Of a stretch of 64,000 nucleotides of DNA, positions 19,403 to 29,555 are shown piece by piece (the stretch's first letter is position 1; every line of letters begins with the position of its first letter). The translations under genes and the position numbers were made by a program. The notes beneath the pieces were generated by a model, which was not told the origin of the DNA, did not search any database, and saw nothing but the letters and a program-made list of their open reading frames with translations. The DNA comes from Candidatus Cloacimonadales bacterium (GTDB lineage: Bacteria > Cloacimonadota > Cloacimonadia > Cloacimonadales > JAFGVF01), in contig OY759729.1 of assembly GCA_963662585.1 (NCBI GenBank), positions 1,408,001 to 1,472,000 of the forward strand. The letters are read 5' to 3'.

Positions 19403-20413
19403 TTAATTACTCAGCAATTTCTTGCGTATTTCAGCACTCACCATATCCATAATCCAGACAGCCAGAGCTATGAGCCATACGATAGTTCCGACACCATTCC
19501 AGTCAGTCATCTGTTGTTTCTGGAAAAGTTGCAAACCGATACCACCACCACCAACGAAACCGACAATAGTTGCCATGCGAACATTGATATCCCAGCGATA
19601 GATAGTGAATGCTAAAAAAGGATTAATAATTTGTGGGATTACAGCGTATTTCCAGATTTGCAGAGTAGAAGCCCCTGTAGAAGTAATAGCTTCAATAGGG
19701 CCTTGGTCGATATTCTCAATCTGTTCTGAATAGAGTTTAACTAAAGCTGCAATAGAGTGAACCATTAAAGCAAGCATACCTGCAAAAGGTCCTATACCAA
19801 CCCAAACTGCGAAAATGATAGCCCAAACTATAGCTTCTATAGATCTAATAACAGTAGAAATAGTTCTGATTATAGCATAAACAGCTTTTCCTATAAGTGT
19901 TCTATTCATAAGATTTGAAGCAGCTAAGAAGCTAAGAAAGAAAGCAATTGGAACTGCCAAAACTGTTGCCATCAGAGCTAAGTATATAGTTTTTACTAAT
20001 TCTGAGACCATCTTCCAGAAGATATCTTGATCAGGATGAAAGATTCCTCTTACAATATTTCGTGTGCCTTGCATACCTGTAAGGAATTCTAAAGGTTCAA
20101 TCTCAACCATAATCCAGCCAACTATAATAGTTAGAGAAATAAGCAAAGCATAGACATAATGATAAAATTGAGAAAGAAACTTAACATGATTCTCTCTTTC
20201 TTTATAAAGTGATTTGCCTGGAGTGTTTGGTAAGGCAATAAAAATCGCATAAAGTAAAGTAGCTTCAGCAAAAACTATGGTAGGATTAATAGTCATTTCT
20301 AACCAATAATTAAGTAAAAAAGCTAGTGTAGCTCCAATATAGAGAGCAATTGAATAATCAATAATATTGGCAATGAATTTTTGTTTTGTAAATAGTTTTT
20401 TTATATTTAACAT
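19403..20413 (-). CDS. phnE: Phosphonate/phosphite ABC transporter permease
   Basis: EAA-like motif GPIEAITSTGAS, RWDINVRMATIVGFVGGGGIG; extra N-terminal TM segments. Confidence 0.88.
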   Translation of the reverse strand: MLNIKKLFTKQKFIANIIDYSIALYIGATLAFLLNYWLEMTINPTIVFAEATLLYAIFIALPNTPGKSLYKERENHVKFLSQFYHYVYALLISLTIIVGWIMVEIEPLEFLTGMQGTRNIVRGIFHPDQDIFWKMVSELVKTIYLALMATVLAVPIAFFLSFLAASNLMNRTLIGKAVYAIIRTISTVIRSIEAIVWAIIFAVWVGIGPFAGMLALMVHSIAALVKLYSEQIENIDQGPIEAITSTGASTLQIWKYAVIPQIINPFLAFTIYRWDINVRMATIVGFVGGGGIGLQLFQKQQMTDWNGVGTIVWLIALAVWIMDMVSAEIRKKLLSN

Positions 20414-21165
20414 TAGCGAATCTCCACTTCTTCAGCATCTTCCCCATAAATTTCTTTGAACTTTTTGTCATCGATATCATTGGGGCTTCCAGAGAATTTA
20501 ACTTTTCCATCTTTAAGGGCAACAACTCTACTTCCGTATTTGCGAGCTAAACTCAAGAAGTGCAAGGAACATACAACAGTAATTCCATCTTCCTTATTTA
20601 GGGTACCAAGATAGTTCATAACAGAATCTGCAGTTGCAGGGTCTAAACTCGCAACAGGTTCATCAGCAAGAATAAGTTTAGGTTTTTGCATTAAGGCACG
20701 AGCAATAGCAACTCTTTGTTGCTGTCCTCCGCTTAAATTCCTTACTTTTCTGTAAGCAAAGTCTTGCAAGCCAACTCTTTTTAAATTGGCTAATGCTAAG
20801 TCTTTTTCTTCTTTAGTCCAGCGTGAAAAGAGACTATGCTTTGAAAGATTACCGGTCAAAACATTAGTAAGAACTGTGATATTCTTCACTAAGTTAAATT
20901 GCTGGAAAATCATGGCTATATCACTTCTAATGCTTCTTAAAGAAGTAGAATTAGCTCTTACAACATCATTACCTAAGAAGTTAATCTCTCCATCTGTAGG
21001 CTCTATCAATCTATTTAAACATCTTAACAATGTTGATTTTCCAGAACCTGAAAGTCCTAAAAGAATCAAAAACTCACCCTCTTTTATCTCTAAATCGATA
21101 TCTTTTAGAGCATGAGTTGATTCATCATAAAATTTATTTAGTTTCTTTATTTCTATTATACTCAT
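20413..21165 (-). CDS. phnC: Phosphonate ABC transporter ATP-binding protein
   Basis: [36 protein letters not shown]. Confidence 0.9.
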   Translation of the reverse strand: MSIIEIKKLNKFYDESTHALKDIDLEIKEGEFLILLGLSGSGKSTLLRCLNRLIEPTDGEINFLGNDVVRANSTSLRSIRSDIAMIFQQFNLVKNITVLTNVLTGNLSKHSLFSRWTKEEKDLALANLKRVGLQDFAYRKVRNLSGGQQQRVAIARALMQKPKLILADEPVASLDPATADSVMNYLGTLNKEDGITVVCSLHFLSLARKYGSRVVALKDGKVKFSGSPNDIDDKKFKEIYGEDAEEVEIR

Positions 21166-21169
21166 TTTT

Positions 21170-22063
21170 TTAGTCTAACTTTGCTGTATCTATTAAATCC
21201 AATTTTTTCTTGATTCCTGCATAAGCAGAGTCATCAACTCTCTTTAAATCATCGATATCATATAAATCTTTGAAAGCTTTTTTACCTTGAGGAGTGTTCT
21301 TAAACTCTTCTATTGCAGCTATCATTTTTTCAGCTACTTCTTGAGGTAATTCTTTTCTAAAAGTACAGTTATCATTAGGAATCCAATCTGTAAAACCAAT
21401 AATTTTAACTTTCTCAAAAATGTTTGGTTCTTCTGTTAGAAGTTTCTTTCTGGCATCTTGCGGAACTCCATCAACAGCTGGGGACCAATAAGTACAACCT
21501 ACATCAGCTTTACCTTGCAAGACTGCTCTGATAACTGTGTCGTGTCCACCTAAGAACATTTTCTTACTTGGTTCAATCTTTTCATAAGCTAAAAGAGCTG
21601 AAGGGAAAATATAACCTGAGGTTGAAGAAGCATCAGAATAAGCAATAATCTTACCTGCAATATCCTCTATGGATTCAATATCTGAATCTGCCCGAGCAAC
21701 AAATTGCCCTTTATATTCAGATAAACCACTTCTAACAGTTTGGAAGGTAACATAAGCACCATATTTTTTATTAGCTAAGTAATATGCGTAAGTAGGAAAC
21801 CAAGCTATATCAGCTCTTCCAACTCCCATGGCTTCTATAACTGCAGCATAACTAGTAGGGACATTAGTTTCAATTTCATAGCCACTAATTCTCTCTAGCT
21901 CAGCTTCTATTAAAGAACCTGAGGAGATTAATTTGTTATGTTCTAAGGAAGGGACAAAATACATCTTAATAGGATTTTTCTTAGTTCCTAACTGACCCTT
22001 ATCACATCCAAAAACAAGTAATACTAATAATCCAATTAAAATAAGCTTAAAGTATTTATTCAT
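21170..22063 (-). CDS. phnD: Phosphate/phosphite/phosphonate ABC substrate-binding lipoprotein
   Basis: Lipobox VFGC; SYAAVIEAM, SSTSGY..P and GGHD motifs. Confidence 0.85.
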   Translation of the reverse strand: MNKYFKLILIGLLVLLVFGCDKGQLGTKKNPIKMYFVPSLEHNKLISSGSLIEAELERISGYEIETNVPTSYAAVIEAMGVGRADIAWFPTYAYYLANKKYGAYVTFQTVRSGLSEYKGQFVARADSDIESIEDIAGKIIAYSDASSTSGYIFPSALLAYEKIEPSKKMFLGGHDTVIRAVLQGKADVGCTYWSPAVDGVPQDARKKLLTEEPNIFEKVKIIGFTDWIPNDNCTFRKELPQEVAEKMIAAIEEFKNTPQGKKAFKDLYDIDDLKRVDDSAYAGIKKKLDLIDTAKLD

Positions 22064-22079
22064 AATTCTTTTTCCTTTG

Positions 22080-22763
22080 TTAAAGTATATTTTTAAGTTC
22101 TAACAACGATCTAATATCATAATCAGCTTTAGTATCTGATATTTTATCTTTAGGATTATACCAACAGGTGGCTATCCCTGCATTAATCCCGCCTTTAATA
22201 TCTGAATTAATACTATCGCCAATAATTATTACATTTTCCTTATTCTCGATTTCACTTTTATCAAAGAGCTCGTTAAAGAAATTTTCATGGGGTTTTTGAT
22301 AACCTAATTCTTGTGATATGCCTATGAAAGAGAAATAATTCAGCATTTGGCTAGCTTTAAGTCGGGGATATTGCACATCAGGTAGGCCATTACTAGCTAG
22401 AACTAAGTTATAACCTTTCTCTTTAAGATAGTCTAATATCTCATAAGAACCTGGTAAAGGAAAAGCATTTTGCGAAAGAAAGCGAGCGTACTGACTAGCA
22501 CAATCAACTGGGTCAATATCCTTCTTACCAATTTGAGTCATAAACTCTTTATGTCTTTGAGTCTTGAGTTCTTCTAAGCTTATTCTACCTTCTTCAAATT
22601 TATGCCAGAATCCATTATTAATAGTTTTGTAACGATATTGCAAAGATTGGAAATCTCCTTGAATATGATAAAAATCAAACAAGTCTGAAAGAGCATTAGT
22701 TTCAGCTAAATCATAATCTAATAAGGTATTATCTAGGTCAAAAATAATATGTTTAAACTTCAT
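22080..22763 (-). CDS. YjjG-family HAD nucleotidase
   Basis: FDLDNTLLD, SNG, KP and IGDS...DIKGG motifs. Confidence 0.85.
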   Translation of the reverse strand: MKFKHIIFDLDNTLLDYDLAETNALSDLFDFYHIQGDFQSLQYRYKTINNGFWHKFEEGRISLEELKTQRHKEFMTQIGKKDIDPVDCASQYARFLSQNAFPLPGSYEILDYLKEKGYNLVLASNGLPDVQYPRLKASQMLNYFSFIGISQELGYQKPHENFFNELFDKSEIENKENVIIIGDSINSDIKGGINAGIATCWYNPKDKISDTKADYDIRSLLELKNIL

Positions 22764-24040
22764 CTTTCATCCTTTTTAAGCAATTCCCACTCTTCAAACA
22801 TCGGTGAGACTATTATTACATCTCTTTTTAGTTCTTTTTTAATATAATCACTATCAAAATTGTCAAGTGTTAATCCTTGACTGTTAAAAATATCCTTGGA
22901 GAAGAGAGGTATTTGCTTATCTTTAAGCTTCATTTGAGCTAAAATTTCAGTAAAAGTTAGTAGTCCACAAACAGTTACACTCTCCCCCATGAAGTTATTG
23001 CTTATAACCTGTACCTCAGCATGATAAGGGGCAATCAATAGATTTAACTCATCTGCTATTTGCTGAATGTATTTTTGGGCTGAGAGACCTGTTATCAAGA
23101 GTAAATCTTGCTTTACTTGAGAGAGAATAAACTCAGCAAAAACTTCTTTTTCATAGTCCCAGTTATCTAAGAGAGTTCTTACCATCCCTATGCCATTTTC
23201 GATTTCATCAAAAGAACCATAATAATCAGCTTCAGGAATTGCAAGATCTGCCTTGATAAAGAACTCATCAGAAGCATATATTTCAGGAAAATCAACTTTG
23301 TATCTAGCAATAGTCTCAATAACTTTAAAAGATTCTTCTTGAGTAAAAAGAGGTAAGTCTTTTAATCCACTCCTATGTTTAGTTAAGCCTACAGGAACTA
23401 CTCCAATTCCAATAGTATTTAACTCACTAGAGGTTAAATCTTTTAGAGATTTATCTAATTCCTCTCCATCATTAATTCCTGGGACTAAAACTAATTGGGT
23501 GTGATATTCAATACCATTATCAGCTAGTTTCTTAAGCACTTGCATAACATCAAATTCTTGTTTATACCTCATCATCTCTTTTCTGAGCTCTGAATTGGTT
23601 GAATGCACAGAAATATAAAGTGGAGATATGTGCATTGAGATTATCTTATCAAGCATTTTTGGACTCAAATTAGTAAGGGTAACATAATTTCCAAAAATAA
23701 AAGAATAAGAGTAGTCATCATCTTTTACATAAAGAGTTTCTCTCATTCCAGCAGGCATTTGATCTATAAAGCAGAAAATACAGTTATTAACACATTCTCG
23801 GCAATGATGTTCTTCTAAAATTATCCCTAAGGATTCTTCACTGCTCTTTTCTCCCTTTAATACCATGCGCTTATTTCCACGCATCACCTCTAGCTTTAGT
23901 TCTTCTTCAGCACCAAAATAATTTAGGTCTAAGAAATCTTCTACAAAAGTATCATTTATATGAAGAATTAAATCATGCTCTTGTAATCCAACCCTATCAG
24001 CAAAACTATTTTTCTCTACATTTATAACTTTTATCGCCAT
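22760..24040 (-). CDS. DUF512-family radical-SAM-like Fe-S protein with N-terminal PDZ
   Basis: CVNNCIFCFIDQMP..MR.TLYVKDDD, ENGIGMVR. Confidence 0.85.
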   Translation of the reverse strand: MAIKVINVEKNSFADRVGLQEHDLILHINDTFVEDFLDLNYFGAEEELKLEVMRGNKRMVLKGEKSSEESLGIILEEHHCRECVNNCIFCFIDQMPAGMRETLYVKDDDYSYSFIFGNYVTLTNLSPKMLDKIISMHISPLYISVHSTNSELRKEMMRYKQEFDVMQVLKKLADNGIEYHTQLVLVPGINDGEELDKSLKDLTSSELNTIGIGVVPVGLTKHRSGLKDLPLFTQEESFKVIETIARYKVDFPEIYASDEFFIKADLAIPEADYYGSFDEIENGIGMVRTLLDNWDYEKEVFAEFILSQVKQDLLLITGLSAQKYIQQIADELNLLIAPYHAEVQVISNNFMGESVTVCGLLTFTEILAQMKLKDKQIPLFSKDIFNSQGLTLDNFDSDYIKKELKRDVIIVSPMFEEWELLKKDER

Positions 24041-24216
24041 CTATTACTCTTTTATCTTTTATAATTAAAATTTTATCTCTTTTAAAATCAGCTAATATAT
24101 AGTTTTATATTAATTTATCAACATTTATAACTCACTATTTTCAACAATTTTTCTTAATAACACAATACTGTCCAGTTTTTTTAATTGCATTTTTTCTTGA
24201 TACACTTATTATATAT

Positions 24217-24231
24217 TTATAAAAATTATAA
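24217..24231 (+). promoter_or_regulatory. Per/Fur-box-like operator
   Basis: TTATAAA-A-ATTATAA, one mismatch from the PerR box TTATAATnATTATAA, immediately upstream of the RBS of the oxidative-stress operon. Confidence 0.55.
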
Positions 24232-24243
24232 TACGGAGGAAAT

Positions 24244-24624
24244 ATGACAAAATTAAGAGAAATTTATCACTGCCCTATCTGTGGTAATGTTGTTGAATTA
24301 GTGTACCCAGGAGCTCCAGCTTTAGTATGCTGTAAAGAACCTATGAAATTATTAGAAGGTAAAACTGCTGACATGGCAACCGAAAAACATGTACCACTTG
24401 TTGAAGAAAAAGACGGTGGCGTATTAGTTAAAGTTGGATCTACTACTCATCCAATGACTGAAGAACATCATATTGCTTTTATCGAAGTTCTTACTAAAGA
24501 TATGGTTTATCGTGCAGAATTAACTCACACTCAAGCTCCAGAAGCTTTCTTCAATGTTAAAAAAGATGATATTATTGAAGTTAGAGAATATTGTAATTTA
24601 CACGGATTATGGAAAACTAACTAA
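24244..24624 (+). CDS. dfx: Desulfoferrodoxin (superoxide reductase)
   Basis: CPICGN...CC, EKHVP, HPM..EHHI, CNLHGLW. Confidence 0.93.
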   Translation: MTKLREIYHCPICGNVVELVYPGAPALVCCKEPMKLLEGKTADMATEKHVPLVEEKDGGVLVKVGSTTHPMTEEHHIAFIEVLTKDMVYRAELTHTQAPEAFFNVKKDDIIEVREYCNLHGLWKTN

Positions 24625-24654
24625 ATTAAAATAAAATAAAAGAGGTATTAAAAA

Positions 24655-25245
24655 ATGTCATTAAAAGGAACTAAAACTGCTGAAAATCTTATGAAAGCTT
24701 TCGCTGGTGAATCACAAGCAAAAAATAGATATGAATTCGCTGCTAAAACAGCTAAAAAAGAAGGTTTTGAACAAATATCTGCTATTTTTGCTGAGACAGC
24801 TCTTAATGAACAAGAACATGCTAAAATATTCTTCAAACATTTAGTCAATAATGGTGTAGAAGGTCAAGGCATCGAAATCACTGCTACTTACCCTGCAGCT
24901 TGGGCTCAAAAAGATACTCTTACAAATCTTAAATATGCTGCTGACGGTGAAAATGAAGAGTGGACTGAACTCTACCCTGAATTTGCTAAAATTGCTGATG
25001 AAGAAGGTTTCCCTGCTATAGCAGCTTCTTTTAGAGTTATTGCCAAAATTGAAAAACATCACGAAGAAAGATATAGAATGCTCCACGACAGAGTACAAGC
25101 TCATGAAGTATTTAAGAAAGACGGAAAGGTATATTGGAAATGTAGAAAATGTGGATACTTACATGAAAGCTTAGAAGCTCCTGCTGTTTGCCCATCATGT
25201 GCTCATCCACAAGGATATTTTGAATTATTGTGTGAAAAATATTAA
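24655..25245 (+). CDS. rbr: Rubrerythrin
   Basis: [14 protein letters not shown]-terminal CRKCG...CPSCAHP. Confidence 0.93.
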   Translation: MSLKGTKTAENLMKAFAGESQAKNRYEFAAKTAKKEGFEQISAIFAETALNEQEHAKIFFKHLVNNGVEGQGIEITATYPAAWAQKDTLTNLKYAADGENEEWTELYPEFAKIADEEGFPAIAASFRVIAKIEKHHEERYRMLHDRVQAHEVFKKDGKVYWKCRKCGYLHESLEAPAVCPSCAHPQGYFELLCEKY

Positions 25246-25263
25246 TTAAAAGAGGGGATATTT

Positions 25264-25404
25264 ATGGAAAAGTACCAATGCTTAGTGTGTGGATATATCT
25301 ACAATCCGGCCGATAATAACAATGTATCTTTTGAAGACCTACCTGAAGATTGGGTTTGCCCTGAATGTGGTGTCGGCAAAGATATGTTTGAAGTAATTGA
25401 CTAA
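25264..25404 (+). CDS. Rubredoxin (46 aa; below the ORF-track cutoff)
   Basis: Manual translation [15 protein letters not shown]...[33 protein letters not shown]. Confidence 0.95.
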   Translation: MEKYQCLVCGYIYNPADNNNVSFEDLPEDWVCPECGVGKDMFEVID

Positions 25405-25495
25405 AAAACTGTAACAAAGTTAAGGATTGATTAGGATTTAGCATTTACTTTTCCATTAAAGTTGAATATATTTCCTTGTCAATTTAGGAGTACTA

Positions 25496-25948
25496 ATGAC
25501 AAAATCTGAGTTTGATAAAGTTATAGAATTCGCAATCTTAAGAGAACAAGACGCTGTAGATTTCTACCATGAATTACAGAGTCATGCAAAGTTCACTGAT
25601 CAGAAGCAGATGCTTATTGATTTCGAAAACATGGAAAAAGGCCATATTGCCATTCTTAAGAATATTCATAAGAAGGGATTAGCCTTTTTAGACCCTAATA
25701 AACCTTCTAATATGCAGACCAGTGATTACATGATGGCAAATTATGATGAAGATAATTTAAGCTATGAAAACATCTTGGTAATTGCTATGAAAAGAGAAGA
25801 ATACTCTTATAAGCTATATAAAGATTTAGCAACCAAGTTCCCTGATACTGAAGTTGCAATTCTCTTTAATAATTTAGCTTCTGAAGAGATTAAACATAAA
25901 AATCAATTCGCGGGTATGTACGATAAACATGTCCTAAAAGATAATTAA
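25496..25948 (+). CDS. Ferritin-like rubrerythrin-family di-iron protein
   Basis: Duplicated AI.RE..A..FY...E..H helical motifs. Confidence 0.8.
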   Translation: MTKSEFDKVIEFAILREQDAVDFYHELQSHAKFTDQKQMLIDFENMEKGHIAILKNIHKKGLAFLDPNKPSNMQTSDYMMANYDEDNLSYENILVIAMKREEYSYKLYKDLATKFPDTEVAILFNNLASEEIKHKNQFAGMYDKHVLKDN

Positions 25949-25965
25949 GATAAATTAACAACTTA

Positions 25966-26016
25966 AACGCATAGCTTATTTGCTGTTACTACAGTAATTG
26001 GTTATGCGTTTTTTTA
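25966..26016 (+). terminator. Intrinsic terminator
   Basis: aacgcatagc...ggttatgcgtt followed by a T-run. Confidence 0.75.
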
Positions 26017-26040
26017 TTCCCTCCTAGGCCATTTTCTTCG

Positions 26041-26128
26041 GTCTCTGCTTGCCCCTTCTCACTAAATTCGTTCATTTATTGAAGTTAATTCTAGATGAGT
26101 AAGATGGAGCAGGTAGAGAGCACTTGAT
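26041..26128. repeat. Dispersed long-hairpin element, degenerate copy 2
   Basis: cttgccccttctcact...tgagtaagatggagcagg...agagcacttgat aligns with the copy at 46833. Confidence 0.6.
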
Positions 26129-26563
26129 AATGATTAAGATCTAGGGTCAAAATGGCAAATACAATGATGAAATATTTCTTACAAGCCCCTATCAAAGCTA
26201 GTGAATCATAGCTTTAACAAAGATTCATGAGCTACACAGAGAGTGATTCATGCCCCTAACAAATCTCCATCTATAGGAAATTATTTCTATTATCAGCTTC
26301 CTCTATTAAGCTATAATTGCAGTTCCTAAGATTTAGATATCTTTTCAGTATAATTATTTAAAAAATTTATTTATTTGACACAAACCTTTGCTTATAAGAT
26401 TATGGTATTATATCATGTGTAAATTCTATAGTAGAGACTTATAAGAGCGTTTTACAAACAAATTTATAGCTTAATATCCATAGAAGCATTTAACAAAAAT
26501 AGACAAGTAAATAATTATATACTAAGTGATTGATACTTATTGGGCAATCACAGAGGATGGAAA

Positions 26564-27658
26564 ATGAAATTTAAGTTACCTGAATTAAAAATTGGTAATC
26601 TAATAACAAAATTACCTATTATTCAAGGTGGAATGGGTGTAGGAATATCACTTTCAGGCTTAGCTTCGGCAGTAGCAAATGAAGGTGGAATAGGCGTTCT
26701 TTCTGCAGTAGGCTTAGGTGCACTCAAAGGTAAAATAAGTAAAGAGTCTGAAATAGATGCATTAAGAGAAGAGATACAGAAATCAAGAGTTTTAACAGAT
26801 GGCGTTCTGGGTTTAAATATCATGGTAGCCCTTACTAATTTTGATGAATTAGTAACTACTGCTTTAGAAGAAAAGATAGATATTCTCTTTTTCGGAGCAG
26901 GATTACCTCTTAAAATGCCCCAAATTATTGACAGTGAATTTATGAAAGAAACTAAGACAAAATTTGCTGTAATCGTCTCTTCAGTAAGAGCAGTTAATGT
27001 AATTTTTAAGACTTGGGCAAAGAAATTTTCAGCTGTACCTGATGCAGTAGTTGTAGAAGGTCCTAAGGCTGGGGGACATCTTGGATTTAGCGTAGAACAA
27101 TTAGAAGATGAAGATTTTCAATTAGAGAATTTAGTACCTGAGATTAAAAAAGCTATTACTCCTTGGAGTGAAAAGTTTAATAAAGAAATTCCACTTATTG
27201 CAGGCGGTGGTATCTATACAGGTGGCGACATCTATAATATCATGAAATTAGGTGCTGATGCGGTTCAGATGGGGACAAGATTTGTTACAACTACAGAATG
27301 TGATGCCTCAGATGAATTCAAACAAAGCTATATAAGAGCCACAAAAGATGATATTACTATCATTAAAAGTCCTGTAGGTTTACCTGGTAGAGCTCTAAAG
27401 AATAGTTTCTTAGAACTTGTTGAATCAGGCCAAAAGATTCCTTTCAGCTGTCCATGGAAATGCCTAAAAACTTGTGATTATCAAAATTCACCTTATTGCA
27501 TAGCTGCAGCTCTCTTAAGTGCTAAACTGGGCAACCTAAAAAATGGCTTTGCCTTTGCAGGAGTTAATGCTTATCTTAGTGATAAAATTGTCTCTGTCCA
27601 TGAATTAATCGAGACATTAAAACAAGAATATAGTCTAGCTGTTAGTTACAGTCAATAG
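26564..27658 (+). CDS. Nitronate monooxygenase / FabK-like flavin oxidoreductase
   Basis: PIIQGGMGVG, EGPKAGGHLG, AGGI, VQMGTRF; start at ATG 26564 after AGAGG. Confidence 0.85.
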   Translation: MKFKLPELKIGNLITKLPIIQGGMGVGISLSGLASAVANEGGIGVLSAVGLGALKGKISKESEIDALREEIQKSRVLTDGVLGLNIMVALTNFDELVTTALEEKIDILFFGAGLPLKMPQIIDSEFMKETKTKFAVIVSSVRAVNVIFKTWAKKFSAVPDAVVVEGPKAGGHLGFSVEQLEDEDFQLENLVPEIKKAITPWSEKFNKEIPLIAGGGIYTGGDIYNIMKLGADAVQMGTRFVTTTECDASDEFKQSYIRATKDDITIIKSPVGLPGRALKNSFLELVESGQKIPFSCPWKCLKTCDYQNSPYCIAAALLSAKLGNLKNGFAFAGVNAYLSDKIVSVHELIETLKQEYSLAVSYSQ

Positions 27659-27718
27659 AGTAAAGATAAAATCACTGTAGAAGAATAGTTGATTTTAGAA
27701 TATAAAATTATAAATCAT

Positions 27719-27749
27719 AAAGGGGCTAATTTAGTCCCTTTTCTTTTTT
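27719..27749 (+). terminator. Intrinsic terminator
   Basis: aaaggggcta-att-tagtcccttt followed by a T-run. Confidence 0.7.
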
Positions 27750-27857
27750 GCTTTACTTAATCTGCTCTCTTCTATAAGAATTTATTGAAAATGCACTTGA
27801 CAAATTTCTTGAATTAGCAGATTATTAGAAAAATAATAAAAATTTGTAGGAGAAATA

Positions 27858-28706
27858 ATGAATTTCCAAGATATAATATTGACATTACAACACTATTGGG
27901 CTGATCAAGGCTGTAATATTGTTCAACCTTATGATGTTGAAATGGGGGCAGGAACTTTTCATCCTGAGACTTTTTTTGGTTCTTTAGGAAAGAAAGATAA
28001 AATGGTAGCTTATGCCCAACCTTGTCGCCGTCCTAAAGATGGCCGTTATGGAGAAAATCCCAATAGATTTCAGCATTATTACCAATTCCAAGTTATTATT
28101 AAACCTTCTCCAGATGATATCCAGAATCTTTATCTCAAGAGTTTAGAAGCTATTGGAATTAATATCAATCAGCACGATATCAGATTTGTTGAAGATGATT
28201 GGGAATCTCCAACTTTAGGAGCTTGGGGACTTGGCTGGGAAGTGTGGTTAGATGGAATGGAAATAAGTCAATTTACCTATTTCCAACAGGTTGGTGGACT
28301 AGATGTATTCCCTATAAGTGTGGAATTAACTTATGGTCTAGAAAGATTAGCCATGTATATTCAAGGGGTTGAAGATTATCGTGATCTTAAATGGAACAAT
28401 ACCACTACTTACGGAGAAATATTCTTCCAACGCGAGTTTGAATATTCTCACTTTAACTTTGATGAAGCAAATGTTGATATTCTCTTTAAAGGATTCACTG
28501 AATTTGAATCTGAATGCCACAGACTAGTTGAGAAAAAACTTGTCTATCCAGCTTATGACTATCTTTTAAAATGTTCTCATAGTTTCAATCTCTTAGATGC
28601 CAGAGGAGTTATTTCAGTTACTGAGCGAGCTAATTATATTGGTAAAATTAGAAGAATGGCTAAGGCTTGTGCTGAACAGTATTTAAAAACTGTTGAAGGA
28701 GAATAA
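27858..28706 (+). CDS. glyQ: Glycine--tRNA ligase alpha subunit
   Basis: [42 protein letters not shown]. Confidence 0.97.
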   Translation: MNFQDIILTLQHYWADQGCNIVQPYDVEMGAGTFHPETFFGSLGKKDKMVAYAQPCRRPKDGRYGENPNRFQHYYQFQVIIKPSPDDIQNLYLKSLEAIGININQHDIRFVEDDWESPTLGAWGLGWEVWLDGMEISQFTYFQQVGGLDVFPISVELTYGLERLAMYIQGVEDYRDLKWNNTTTYGEIFFQREFEYSHFNFDEANVDILFKGFTEFESECHRLVEKKLVYPAYDYLLKCSHSFNLLDARGVISVTERANYIGKIRRMAKACAEQYLKTVEGE

Positions 28707-29489
28707 ATGCTTAATGCTCTTTTCGAATTAAGATACTCTTCTCCTATTATAGCAACAGCAATTCATAATGGACACTACATCAGACCTGAGCTTAAAGAAA
28801 ATTTACTGATTGAAGATTGTGATCGAAGAAGAGAAGAAGATCCATTTACCAACAGTATTATTCGCTCTTTTGATAATCGAATAGTGGTAAACACCTCTAG
28901 GTTTGAAGTTGATTTAAACAGAGTTAGAGAAAGGGCTATTTATAAAAACCCTGATGATTGCTGGGGATTAGATGTATGGAAAAGAGCTTTAACAGATAAT
29001 GAAACAGAAGAATCTCTTGTTCAATATGATAATTTTTATAGAAGACTAGATGGAGTAATTGCTGAGACAATTGCAAGTTTTGGTTATGCTATAGTATTAG
29101 ATATACACTCCTATAATCATCATCGCTTAGGACCTGACCAAGCTTTTGATAGCTTGGAAAATAATCCCCAGATTATTTTAGGAACAAGTAATATGCCTAG
29201 AACTTATTTAGAAAAGATAAAAATTATTCAAATGAAGTTCCAAGAAAATATCTATGAAGGCGATAAACTAGATTGCCGTATTGATGTTAAATTCCCTGGA
29301 GGGAATATGTCTAGGCATCTGCATAGAGAATTCCCAGGTAAAGTTATCTCTCTCTCAATCGAGTTTAAAAAGACTTTCATGGACGAATGGAGTGGTGAAT
29401 TATATAAAGAAAAACTAGAGGACTTAATCTCAGCTTTACACTCAATAGTCCCTCTCTTAAAAAGAGATTTGATTGTGGATTTTGAGTAA
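28707..29489 (+). CDS. N-formylglutamate amidohydrolase family protein
   Basis: ATAIHNGH, REEDPFT, SRFEVDLNR, DIHSYN. Confidence 0.8.
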   Translation: MLNALFELRYSSPIIATAIHNGHYIRPELKENLLIEDCDRRREEDPFTNSIIRSFDNRIVVNTSRFEVDLNRVRERAIYKNPDDCWGLDVWKRALTDNETEESLVQYDNFYRRLDGVIAETIASFGYAIVLDIHSYNHHRLGPDQAFDSLENNPQIILGTSNMPRTYLEKIKIIQMKFQENIYEGDKLDCRIDVKFPGGNMSRHLHREFPGKVISLSIEFKKTFMDEWSGELYKEKLEDLISALHSIVPLLKRDLIVDFE

Positions 29490-29555
29490 TAGTTTCTATA
29501 GGGAGTTGAGTAAAAAAAAGATTCACTCAGCTCTTGACATTAAGGATAAAAAACC

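Noticed and set aside
25262..25444. 60-aa minus-strand ORF
   Set aside because: Antisense shadow of the real rubredoxin gene.
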